From: Carcharhinus longimanus | Lineage: Eukaryota | DNA length: 64,000 nt | Assembly: GCA_030264375.1 (NCBI GenBank) | Contig: JASCQW010000081.1 | Location: 49,116,948-49,180,947 of the forward strand | Direction of reading: 5' to 3' | In this document: piece by piece, positions 12,681-24,083 of the stretch | How the letters are laid out: each line of letters opens with the position of its first letter | How positions within the stretch are numbered: the stretch's first letter is position 1 | Notes under the pieces: generated by a model | Seen by the model: the letters and a program-made list of their open reading frames with translations, nothing else | What the model was told of the DNA's origin: nothing | Database searches by the model: none | Translations under genes and position numbers: made by a program

Positions 12681-12964
12681 TTAAGGTAGAAATCACTTGG
12701 ACACAAGTCAGTGTACCCAGTCTGGTAAGTCTGTGTAAAACGTTCATTCGTCCTCAACTGCTGTATTGCTTTGGAGTTCCTAATAGCTCCTCATGAGGGT
12801 CTGTGTCAATTTTGTCCGCTAACAATTGGGTGAAGTGCTTTGGGAATGTTTTACTACGTTAAAGACGCTATATATAAAATGCACATTTCTCTGGCACTTC
12901 TGAAAGTGGTGCACTTTCTCTAATGTACACCAGGGGGAAACCTTGCACTGTGGTTACGACCAAG

Positions 12965-13746
12965 TAAAAAGTCTCACAACACCAGGTTAAAAATCCAACA
13001 GGTTTATTTGGTAGCGCAAACCACTAGCTCAAGACTTGATTACCTGTAAAGACTCACTTTCCAACCATTATTTTGTAAATTGAGTTTGTGCCTGTATATG
13101 CCCTGTTTGTGAATAGAGCTTTACCTGACGAAGGATGTTAATAAGGTTGAAAGAGTGCAGAGAAGGTTTACAAGGATGTTGCCAGGACTTGAGAAATGTT
13201 GAATAGGTTAGGACTTTATTCTCTGGACCGTAGAAGAATGAGAGGAGATTTGATAGAGGTGTATAAGATCTTGATGGGTATAGATAGAGTGAATGCAAGC
13301 GGGCTTTTTCCACTGAGGCTAGGGGAGAGAAAAAACCAGAGGGCATGGGTTAAGGGTGAAGGGGGAAAAGTTTAAAGGGAATATTAGGGGGGGGCTTCTT
13401 CACCCAGAGAGTGGTGGGAGTGTGGAATGAGCTGCCAAATGAAGTGGTAAATGCGGGCTCACTTTTAACATATAAGAAAAACTTGGTCAGGTACATGGAT
13501 GAGAGGGGTATAGAGGGATATGGACCAGGTGCAGGTCAGTGGGACTAGGCAGAAAAATGGTTTGGCACAGCCAAGAAGGGCTAAAAGGCCTTTTTCTGTG
13601 CTGTAATGTTCTATGGCCCTATGGAAGGGGGCAGCACTCCGAAAGCTAATGGCTTATGCTACCAAATAAACCTGTTGGGCTTTAACCTGCTGTTGTGAGA
13701 CTTCTTACCGTGTTTACTCCAGTCCAAAACTGGCATCTCCACATCA
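12965..13746 (+). mobile_element. PLE-derived inverted-repeat element, copy 2 (interrupted by CR1 LINE)
   Basis: Same arms and tail as copy 1; TSD tggtta(c/t)gaccaag at 12951-12964 and 13747-13760; hammerhead halves cCTGACGAagg (13124-13134) and ggggcagcactccGAAAgcta (13628-13648). Confidence 0.8.
13135..13623 (+). mobile_element. CR1/HER1 LINE 3' fragment nested in PLE copy 2
   Basis: KDVNKVERVQRRFTRMLPGL motif, CR1 3' UTR and (ctatg)-type tail; flanked by duplicated gaagg. Confidence 0.85.
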
Positions 13747-13774
13747 TGGTTATGACCAAGCTCGGCTTTGGCTC

Positions 13775-13912
13775 ACGAAGTGGCCCGCATTCACCACTTC
13801 AGCTCGTTCCACACTCCCACCACTCTCTGTGTGAAGAAGCACCCCCCCCACCCACCCAATGTTCCCATTAAACTTTTCCCCCTTCACCCTTAACCCATGT
13901 CCTCTAGTATTT
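13775..13912 (-). mobile_element. CR1 LINE fragment, inverted relative to 13330-13460
   Basis: NTRGHGLRVKGEKF motif; near-identical to the plus-strand copy. Confidence 0.75.
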
Positions 13913-14012
13913 NNNNNNNNNNNNNNNNNNNNNNNNNNNNNNNNNNNNNNNNNNNNNNNNNNNNNNNNNNNNNNNNNNNNNNNNNNNNNNNNNNNNNNNN
14001 NNNNNNNNNNNN

Positions 14013-14142
14013 GGAAACTGGAGCATCCGGAGGAAACCCCCACTGACGCGGGGAGTTTGCAGACTCCGCACAGTGACCCAAACTGAACATGGGTCACTGG
14101 CACTGTGAGATACCAGTGCTAATCACTGTGCCATGCCGCCCC
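14013..14142 (-). mobile_element. HE1-type SINE 5' part
   Basis: gggcggcatggcacagtgattagcactgg head with B-box-like ccatgttcagtt. Confidence 0.65.
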
Positions 14143-15739
14143 AAAGATAACTAATGTTATTCTGCACTCTGCACTCTCTCGTTTCCTTCTCTATGAATGG
14201 TATGCTTTGTCTGTATAGTGCGCAAGAAACAATACTTTTCACTTATACATGTGACAATAATAAATCAAATCAAATCTAAGTAAATGATTAATTAACCAAT
14301 TAATTAAAAAGTCAACAATTGCAATTTTTCTTTTCTGGCTTTGAATCTTCCACAATGTGATGAGGAAAGTTTGATCAGCCAACGTAATGAAAAACACATG
14401 GCTGGCCCACTCAGAATGATCATACAGCTCGTAAGCAGAGAACCAGTGGCAGCAGCTGCTTATATTTAGCGCTGGCACTATGACTCCAGTGGGGATGGGT
14501 CCAAACATATCAAAGTAAACTGCCAGAGGAGCGCAAATCGTTCTGTTCACATCAGAGCACCACTGCTAAAGTAGAGACTACTGCCAGTGGCTGTGCAGCA
14601 AAGAAATTGCTGGGGCAGCAATTGGTAGGGGCAGCAAAGAAATTGCGGCAAAGTTTCTCAATGTTATAATTTGAAACAACTGAACACCATAAATAAATGG
14701 GGCCCTACTCCACAAAAAGCCACTAGCAATTAGAGTCATTGGCAGCCCTGTAAGTATTTATGGAAGGTATATTTACGTGTGGAGTAAATATACTAGTCCA
14801 CAATGACCTGCTTCTGCAGCTGGCAGCAGGGAAAAGATTGCTTGCTCTGGCTTAATAATCGATCCCAATCAGCGCTGCTCAAAGGATCTTATTCCATTAT
14901 CCCTCCTCTGGTTGAAACTTCACAAAATTCAGTGCATGCGGCTCTTTTTTTCACTGTCTTGCAAAGGCCTGTGAGAAATCAGTTTAGGTGAGACAGGCAG
15001 AGCAGAAACATAAATTAGGGACAAAGCTGACCTTGACTCTGACTTCACCCGAAAACCACAGATGATGTTAGTTTTTCAAAAGTTCTTTTCACCTTCTTAA
15101 TGCTCAGGTATCTCCTTAATATTGAGGGACAACTGTACAATCCTGTTGCTGCCCCTACCAACCATCATTGGATCAGCTGAGGTGCGAGTAGTGATGGAAG
15201 TTTGAACATTTTGACAGTCTGGCTTTAAATTATACAACACGGTTCACCTAGCAACAGTGGATTTTCTACAATGTCTTCAACTGTGAGGAAACTACAAATA
15301 GAGGCTACAAAATATTTTAATTCCATTGGTCAATTGTTTTGCTATCACTGAACCATCCTGTACCCAAGAAAATTTATTTAAGCACCAGTTTCTTCCCCAA
15401 TCCCAGTGCTGATAGCCTTGCTCCACTTGCCAAACTTCTCCTCTTACTGAACAAACTGGTGTGTCTACGTTAACTTTTTTCCTGGTCAATATTCTTCCAT
15501 CCCTTTTATTCCTTTTCTAAAGACAGTGGCACCTTTTTGGGTTAAATCTGCCTGGGCACCAATCACTTTCTGGTACCTTATCCAAATGGGCCGTAGTTCA
15601 GATGTGACATGTAACAGTGTGTCAGCAAGTTACCTGGGTACAGAGAATGTTATAGCTGAGCTATAGGCTCTTGGCCAATGTCTGAGCTCTCACACTTTCA
15701 ACAGGAATCATTCAACTAAGTAAAGGAATTTTGTCTAAA

Positions 15740-16030
15740 GTGAGGAGGATGGAGAAAAGGAAAGAAAGGGAAGAGTATAGAGAGGAGGAATTGGCAGGAT
15801 AGATTGAACTAAAGAGGAGAGAATGGATTGAAAGAAGGGGGGAGTATAGGTAGAAGGAGAGAAATTGAGGAGGATAGAGTGAAGAAAAGGGTAGGACAGA
15901 TAGAAGTAAAGAGGCGAGGATACATAGAAGGTGTGAAAGGAGGGAGCATAGGGAGAAGAAAAGACGGGAGGATAGAAAGAAGAAAAGAGGGGAGGATAGA
16001 AGGAAGGAAAGAGGGGGATAGAGAGGAGGA
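15740..16030 (+). repeat. Purine-rich (GA) low-complexity tract
   Basis: ~290 bp composed almost entirely of A/G. Confidence 0.85.
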
Positions 16031-16910
16031 GGGTACCAGAAGACTGGAAAACAGCCAACGTCACGCCCTTGTTCAAAAAGGGCGTGAGGCAGAAGGTCGG
16101 GAACTATAGGCCAGTTAGTTTAACATTGATTATTGGCAAGATGTTGGAGCCAATAATCCAAGAGGAAATAGCTAATCATTTGGGAGAGTTGAATATAACC
16201 AAACCTAGTCAACGTGGTTTTATGAAAGGTAAATCATGTTTGACAAATCCGCTCAAATTCTTTGAGGGTATAACAGGGAGAGTAGATAGAGGGGAACCTG
16301 TAAATGTAGATTTCCAAAAGGCATTTGACAAGGTGCTGCACAAGGGGCTAATGCATAAAAGCCCAGGGAATTGGAGGAAATGTATTAGCATAGATTGAAA
16401 ACTGGCTGTCACATAAAAAAGAGTTAGAATAAACGGGTCCTTTTCAGAGTGGAAAAATGTAACTAGTCAAGTACCGCAGGGATCAGTGCTTGGCCCACAA
16501 TTGTTCACTGTTTACATTAAGGACCTGAAGGAAGGAACAGAATGTAAGGTTTCCAAATTTGCCAATGACATGAAAATACATGGAAGGGCAGGTTGTGATG
16601 AGGATATTGTGATTCTGCAACAGGATTTAAATAGATTAGGTGACTGGGTGAAAACCTGGCAAATGGACTTTAATGTGGGGGAGTGTGAGGTCATGAACTT
16701 TGGTAGGAGGAATTGAAAGGCAGATTATTATCTAAATGGAGAGAGACAGTAGGTGAAATAAGTACAGTGGGATCTAAGTGTTCTAGTGCATGAATCACAA
16801 AAAGCTGGCAGGCAGATTCAACAAGTAGTTAAGAAGGCAAACAGCATTTTGGCCTTTATTGCAAAGGGATAGAAATAGAAGAGTTTACAAATAGGGAGGT
16901 TTTGTTACAA
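16030..16910 (+). mobile_element. CR1 LINE reverse transcriptase remnant (frameshifted)
   Basis: PEDWKTANVTPLFKKG, NYRPVSLT, SQRGFMKGKSCLTN, DFQKAFDKV, VPQGSVLGP and a mutated catalytic motif KFAND. Confidence 0.9.
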
Positions 16911-17899
16911 TTGCAGACAGAAGAGGGAAGAGCATGACAAACATGAGGCCTTTGATAGAAAATTAACAGGGTTCTCTAGTAGTGGACACATTTGATTCAT
17001 TAACCTATTACATTTTTTTCTGTAGTGTTGTTTCTCAGAGGATAACCATCCTTTGTACAAAGTGCTCGAGAAATTAGTGTGATGCAGGCTCTAAAGGCAA
17101 TTCATTCCTGAACAGAGATCTCTGAGAGCCAGCATGGACAGGGTTAATGATAAGCACAAAACACTGCCTGTTCAGCGAGCTGTGGGAGGTGTGCAATGAG
17201 CTTAACTGGAACAGCAGGAGCCCTGATGCAACTTCACATCAATGCTCAATGCTGTCTAGTCGGGCATCTTAACTTCCCACTGTGACTGAGTCTCTATTTT
17301 CTTTTGTGCTGTCTATCCCCACATTTCTCAGTCACAGAGAAATCATATTCCCAGCAGGGTAAGGGAATGGAAAAAATTTACACAGTCAAATAAATGCAAT
17401 TTACTAAAGTCAGATTTAATTGGCTGGAATATCCACAGCAAACTTAATCGACCATTTCAACAATGTAATTGCATTTATGCAAAAGGGAATTATATAAATG
17501 GATTGAAAAGGCAAAATTGAAGGAAAATTAATATCTACCATTCTAGATAAGTTTCTGTTCCGCTAACCAGGAATTAAAACAAACCCCAAAAGATCTGGTT
17601 GTATTTGGAAGTGTGATTGGGAATTAATTATTTCTGGTTCCTATCTCCTTATATCCCTCCAGTGCAGCTCTCAGTCATCACTGCAGTTTCTGCAATAAAT
17701 ATGTACCTGGGCTGTCTGCTCAAGGTCTTCCCCACTGTTTCCCTTCTTTCACCTACTGAGGATGTGCCAGCATCGCAGCATCTCTCCTGCTATTTATCAG
17801 CCTCCATAGCAGGATAGCTGAGGTGCTCTTATGGGGGCAGAAAGAGAAACAATCACTCCTGTGCTGTTCAAATCACTGAAGTGGGTCCTAGCACTTCTC

Positions 17900-18690
17900 G
17901 GAGATGATAAACGGAGGGCTCGTCTGCCTTTTGTTTGGATGTCGATTCTATGGCACTGTTTTGAAGAAAAGCAGAGTTCTCTCCAGTGTTCGAGCTAATA
18001 TTAATCCCTNNNNNNNNNNNNNNNNNNNNNNNNNNNNNNNNNNNNNNNNNNNNNNNNNNNNNNNNNNNNNNNNNNNNNNNNNNNNNNNNNNNNNNNNNNN
18101 NNNNNNNNNCTCAATATCAGTAAAAAAGATTATCTGGCCATTATCACATTGCTGTTTGTGGGTTTTTGCTGTGTGCTCGCTGACCCATACTGGCTCCCAG
18201 TAAAGCAACATCTTAATTTTAAAATTCTCATCCATGTTTTCAAATCGACCCATGGCCTCTCCCCTCCCTATCTCTGCAAATTCTTTCAGCTCCCTCTGAA
18301 ATATCTGCGCTCCTCTAACTCTCGCCTCTTTAACATCAACCATTTTAATTACTCCACCACTGGTGGCCATAACTTCAGTTGCCTAGGCCCCAGACACTGG
18401 AATTCCCTCCCTACACCTTTCCACCTTGCTTTTCTGCTATAAGACATTACTTCAAATATACCTGTGTGACCAATCTTTTGTAGCTTGGTGTTATAATGCT
18501 CCTGCGAAGCACCTTGGCACTATATAAGTTGCTGTGCTTCCTATATTACAATGTGGAGATGCCGGCGTTGAACTGAGGTAAACACAGTAAGTAGTCTCAT
18601 AACAGAGAGACTTCTTACTGTGTTCTTTCTATATTACAACAGTGTTTCATCGGCTGTAAAATGCCTTGGTGTGTCCTGAGGTGTCAAAAG
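17900..18690 (+). mobile_element. DeuSINE-like element split by an L2 3' fragment (18170-18530) and PLE copy 3
   Basis: Deu core atggcactgttttgaagaaaagcagagttctc...gattatctggccattatcacattgctg; the insert encodes VLADPYWLPVKQHLNFKILIHVFKSTHGLSPPYL (L2 ORF2 end). Confidence 0.7.
18552..18624. mobile_element. Internally deleted PLE-derived element, copy 3
   Basis: Tail tgtggagatgccggcgttgaactgaggtaaacacagtaag followed by the short inverted end gagacttcttactgtg; ~15 bp TSD ctt(c/t)ctatattacaa at 18537-18551 and 18625-18639. Confidence 0.7.
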
Positions 18691-19664
18691 GCACCTCTTT
18701 TATTCCTCAAATCCATGATTTAGTGCCTTATATGTTGGTGTCAAAAACATGATTTTAATCTTTTAGACAATTCTTTACAACCCACTTGTATGAATAGTGA
18801 ATTCCTTTCTGAATCCTATCACAAGATACATAAAATTGTGGCACAATTAGATTTGCATTACCACTGAAGTTCAGCCACAACAGGCATGTCTCCCACTAGA
18901 TGTATATGCTGCCACCATGGAGCCAATAGACAACCTCTTGGTTTCTCATCATGCCGCTTAACCTGAGAGTCAGTTGACTAGCTTAACTCCCTGCTGTGTG
19001 ACTGAAACAAAGCTGCCTCATCTCAGCTTTCTCCCAACCCTCAGCTGGAAGCTTGTTTGCCTGCTTGTTCTTGCAAAAGGAAAAGCTGCAAGATGGAAAC
19101 CATGCACCCGCAGGCTGTCGGGTAAGATACTGTGAAGAAGTTAATGTTTCCAGAAAGCCTTAGGGCCCCTGTTGATTTTCTGACCCGAGTGAAAAGACTA
19201 ACTGGAGCAGAAAGCCCCAACAGGGTTAAGTGGAGGCAGGTGTTCAATGGACACGATAAGCCATCTTTCACAACACTCCAGCAACTTCTAGCTTTCTCAA
19301 TCAGAGACAAAGCAAACCAGACTTACCTCGGCATTTAAGGAAAGAATATAGGCCTTTATTTAGATTGTGTTAGTCAATCCCTCGGTAAAACGAACATTCC
19401 CTAGTTCCTAATGTAGCAGCAGGCAGAAGAAATTCAACAGCACTCCTGCAGGAAAGTGGAAGGTCTGAAAACTATTTTGCTGTTTTTCTTGTGTTTATTT
19501 TTTTCCCCCACTTGTTAAGTTGAGGAATATTACCACTGAAGAAATGTTCACTTTACCTTTTGAGGGCACCAGGTGTCAGTGTTTAGTATTTTTGATTATT
19601 GTGAGATACATATAATGTAGTTTAGGCAGATAGTAACATTGCTAGAAAGCAAACACTGAGCCCT

Positions 19665-20180
19665 ACCTATATGGAACCTGGCTTAGACTATACAAAGTAC
19701 TATGCACAGTTCTGTTCTCCATACTACAAAAAGGATATTGACACACAGGAAAAAGTGTAATAAAGGATATTACCAAAAAAAATTAAGAGGTTGCAACTGT
19801 GGCTCTTTTCTCTGGGAAAGAGGGAGACCAGTTATCAATACTTAAATGATTAAGAAGCTGAATAGTGTGCAAGTGCAGCAATTGTTTCTATTTGTAAATG
19901 ATCCAAGGCATAGTGTACAAATACAAGAAAGCCAGGACAGATCAAAGAACGAACTTAGGAGGAAGTCTGTACACAGTGTAGTGAGAATGTAGAGCTTGCT
20001 GCCACACATGGTATCTAAAGTATTAATAAACTTCAGGGAAGGATGCATACATGAAAGAGAAAGGAATAGAGTGACAGGGGCAAAGGTGGAAAAGGGGAAT
20101 GATACTGGGAGACATTTGTCGGGAGTGTAAATACTGGTAAAGACCAGTTGGACTGAATATCCTCCTGCTGTGTTGTACAT
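19665..20180 (+). mobile_element. Old CR1 LINE 3' end
   Basis: Decayed Y..QFCSPYYKKDI, LFSLGKR motifs and CR1-like 3' UTR. Confidence 0.55.
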
Positions 20181-20479
20181 TTTTAGGAATGTAACTGTTC
20201 AGTATTCAATTCCTGGATGCAATGTAAAATTTAACCCATTGTATGGGAGACAGCATCTTCAAAAATATTCCCTCAGTATTACACTGGAGTCTTAAACAAC
20301 TCAAGAGCTGAGAGTGGTGTCACTGATATAAAACAAAGCTAGCATAACTTTGGCTGATTCAGAACTGATGGTTTTCCATTGGTTTAGTTGGTAAAAGTGT
20401 CTATTCACATAGAATTCAGCAGTACTGAGCAGAAAGGTATAAATCTCAGTCTGAGGCTTTGCTGAGCTTAGCCATGGGG

Positions 20480-20930
20480 ACTCTACAACGGAACATGATG
20501 GACACTCTCCCTGGATGATTAAGGTTCCAACAACACTTAAGAAGCTCAACACCATCCAGGGCTAATCAGTCTGCTTGATTGATGTACAATTCATCAATTT
20601 AAATATTTACTCCCTCCACCACCTGCACATAGTGGTAGCCATGTGGACCATCTACAATGTAGGAACTCACCAAGTACTTTCCAAATCTACGATTTCTATC
20701 ATGCCATTCAGAAAGACAAAGGGGGCAGATGAATGGTAATATCACTATCACCCACAAGTTCCCCTCCAAGTCACTCACTTGCAAACATATCGCCACTGAT
20801 CCTGCACTATTGCTGCATCAAAATCCTGGAACTCGCTCCCTAACAGCACTGTGGATCTACTGACACCACAGAGGTTCAAAAGATTGCTCATTAGCACTTC
20901 TCAAGGACAGTTAAGGATGGACAACTCATG
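20480..20930 (+). mobile_element. CR1-like LINE 3' end (same family as 62305-62735)
   Basis: caacacttaagaagctcaacaccatccagg...tcaaaatcctggaactcgctccctaacagcactgtgg. Confidence 0.6.
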
Positions 20931-20933
20931 CTT

Positions 20934-21032
20934 AGTAAAAAGTCTGACAACACCAGGTTTTCGTCCAACCGATTTATTTGATAGTAAACGCACAAGCTTT
21001 CGATCGAAAGCTTGTGCGTTTACTATCAAATA
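20934..21032. mobile_element. PLE-derived inverted-repeat element, copy 4 (second subfamily; runs into gap)
   Basis: agtaaaaagtctgacaacaccaggttttcgtccaacc arm; perfect 58 bp palindrome 20975-21032 centred on ctttcga|tcgaaag. Confidence 0.75.
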
Positions 21033-21092
21033 NNNNNNNNNNNNNNNNNNNNNNNNNNNNNNNNNNNNNNNNNNNNNNNNNNNNNNNNNNNN

Positions 21093-21365
21093 GACTCTCC
21101 AGCAGAGCATCCCACCCAGGCCCCAACCCCAAGAATTTGCCCTACTAATCCCCCTCACCAACACATCTTTGGGCAACTTATCACGGCTAATCAACCTAAC
21201 CCACACATCTTTGGACTGTGGGAGGGAACCAGGGGACCCGGAGGAAACCCATGCAGGCACGGGGAGGAAATGTACACTCCACACAGTCACTCTAGGCCAA
21301 AATTGAACCTGGGTCCCTGGTGCTGTGAGGCAGCAGTGCTAACCATTATGTTACTGTGTAACCCC
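21093..21365 (-). mobile_element. HE1-type V-SINE
   Basis: tggttagcactgctgcctcacagcaccagggacccaggttcaatt head and V-domain. Confidence 0.8.
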
Positions 21366-22717
21366 CAAGTATAAAGAATGGCTATTTGGACAGGGTAAGA
21401 GTGCATTCGGTGTGACTAGAAATTTAATCCAGGAAGCATTAATGTCTTAGAGGAAGGGGGTTAGGGGTTTGGAAATTAGTCAAAATGGAAATAAAAGCTT
21501 AATTTGTATTAATATAAAATTTTGAGTTCCCCTTTTCCATGTTAAGTAAATAAATCCCAATGGAATAAATTGCTCAAAACAGGATGTGTTTACGTGGTGC
21601 GAAGTTAGATTGAGGCCTATCCCATTAAGACCTGACAAAAGCTGTGTTATCTTTGCCAAAAATTAAACCAAGACTTTGTGAAAAAGAATTTGCCCATGTA
21701 AATGCATCAGAAATAGATCTTTGTTTTGTTATTCTTCTGTAAATATTATTGCTTGAAAAAAAAGAGAAGAATTTTTTTTGAAAACGAATACTTTTGCTTC
21801 GGGAATTTGCATAGCTTGGAAGAAAGAACAAAGGGCATTGCGACCTGAAACTCCAAGACCTTGTGCACTCATTAAAACCCAAACCCTCAGGCTCTGAGGG
21901 CGATGATGAGGGATGGATTATCAGAATCGACAGTCATAATGATAAGGGCGAACACATAAACAGCCCAAAGGGAGCAAAGGAGAGGGGACCCATAACAGAA
22001 GCAGATTCACATGTGGCACTTCAAAGTCTATTGCTGTCCCCAAGGACAGACTAAAAACAGCAGTGTGTTTAGAGGGTCGGTAGTTTGAGGGAAATATGAT
22101 AAGAGATGGGAATGCAAGGTGAAAAGCAGCAGGNNNNNNNNNNNNNNNNNNNNNNNNNNNNNNNNNNNNNNNNNNNNNNNNNNNNNNNNNNNNNNNNNNN
22201 NNNNNNNNNNNNNNNNNNNNNNNNNNNNNNNNNTTTAAGAAGCACAGCAAGGCTTAGTGGCAGAACTTGATGAAAGAGTGGGTAAGTAGTGACATCATCA
22301 AAAGCTTTCCCTTTCTTGTGCATCCCGGATCCTCTTTAGGCTCCCTCTTTCCCCTAATTGGGTCAGTTTGGTCAACTATACCTACATCCTGTCAGTTTGA
22401 GTTTGAGTCAATCGCTGAAATATGTTACACATTTCCTTTGTGCTGTAGTTATCACACTTTCCCAGTACTACAGTGCATTAGTAAGCAAGAATGTGCGTTT
22501 ATATAGCACCTTTCATGTCCTCAGACTGTCCCAAACAATATTATAAACACAAACTGTTTTTGAAATGTGTAGTGGAAAGGTGCCAGATTGCCTTCAGTCA
22601 GATCCACAGCAGCAAAGAGTGAATTTATTTTGGTGCCGATGGTGGAGGGATAAATGTCAGCCAGGATGCTGGGAGAACTGAGTTCTGAAAAAGTTTCATA
22701 TGCAACTCAAAAACTGG

Positions 22718-23303
22718 AGGCAATCTTACCAAAATTTGCCAAAGTGACAGCTCTGGCAAGAAAGCTGGCATGAAGCTCTCCAGCTCTCGAGCCTCTTAGT
22801 CAGACAAAAAGTGGGTATGTGGTTTACGGCATCACTTTGGCGAGACAAGGACTCAGAGTTAGCGAGACCAGCTATATCGAGATCGAGACACCGTATTTAA
22901 AGGACGCCTCAATTGGAGGGCAAAGCTTACTCCCTACAGTCATCACTGGCATTCATATTTGCCACTCCCTCCCACCCCCATCATTGGCAGCATTCACATC
23001 CCTTCAGTGCCCGCCCNNNNNNNNNNNNNNNCGCAAATGGATAAACACCTCTCCAATGAGGCTTCCTCTCGAGCTCGCCCCCACACGGCCCCCGACACAG
23101 GAGGGCACTGCCAGGTTCACAGCATCAGGGGCAATGCCAGGAGCCATTGCCAGGGCATTGCCTGGTGATGTCCCTCTCCTCTATGGGCTATAAACGGCCT
23201 TTGCATCTCCAGAGGGATCCCCTCGTCAGATTTCCATCTGCCCAAACCTGTTGAGAACCTCACAGCAGTGAGACATCAATACTACTGAGGGGTATAATTT
23301 GGC
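22718..23303. mobile_element. Possible non-autonomous DNA transposon (MITE-like), GC-rich
   Basis: GC-rich island with degenerate termini gcaatcttacc ... ggtataatttggc, resembling shark Harbinger-like MITEs. Confidence 0.35.
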
Positions 23304-23847
23304 AAGGGGACTAGATAATTATATTTGAATTTATAAAAATCTATTAAAATCAGATTTATGTCCAACCTGATTACAACGCTAACAGGAAGAACTGGAAATC
23401 ATAATCTCACTGGCAGCAGAGAAATTCAGGGATGTAGCTTGATCCATTACTGAATTTTCATATTGTGACACCATGTCATATTATGCACTTAATATGGATT
23501 ACTAATTGTTGGAGCATTGATGAGATCTTGAGGCTTATGTATCCAAACATAAACACCTTTATTAGGAGGCTTTATGTACAGTTCTAAATGTCTCGCATGG
23601 AACTTTTCTACACTGGCTTGCTGCTTTTCTATTTACATGACCATTGCAGCAATATTTTTCTGGAACATAAACTCAGTTTCTTTCTCTCTGAATTGCTGAT
23701 TCTGCTGTCAATTTCAACGTTTTTACCTCTTCAATTAATTTCTCATTGTCAAACTTTCTTCTTCATGCTCTTATTCTCCTAATTCAATTCTTCACTGGAC
23801 TTGTTCTTATTTTCTAGCTGCTTTTCTATGAAATTCAGTTTATTCTC

Positions 23848-24083
23848 CATTGGAGGGAGTGCAGAGGAGGTTTACTAGGCTGATACCGGAGTTGAGGGGA
23901 TTGAGCTATGAGGAGAGGCTGAATAANNNNNNNNNNNNNNNNNNNNNNNNNNNNNNNNNNNNNNNNNNNNNNNNNNNNNNNNNNNNNNNNNNNNNNNNNN
24001 NNNNNNNNNNNNNNNNNNNNNNNNNNGGGGCTAGATGGCCTACTCCTGCTCCTATTTCTTATGTTCTTATGTTCTTATGTTCT
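23848..24083 (+). mobile_element. CR1/HER1 LINE 3' end with (tcttatgt)n tail
   Basis: EGVQRRFTRLIPELRGLSYEERL; tail tcttatgttcttatgttcttatg. Confidence 0.85.
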
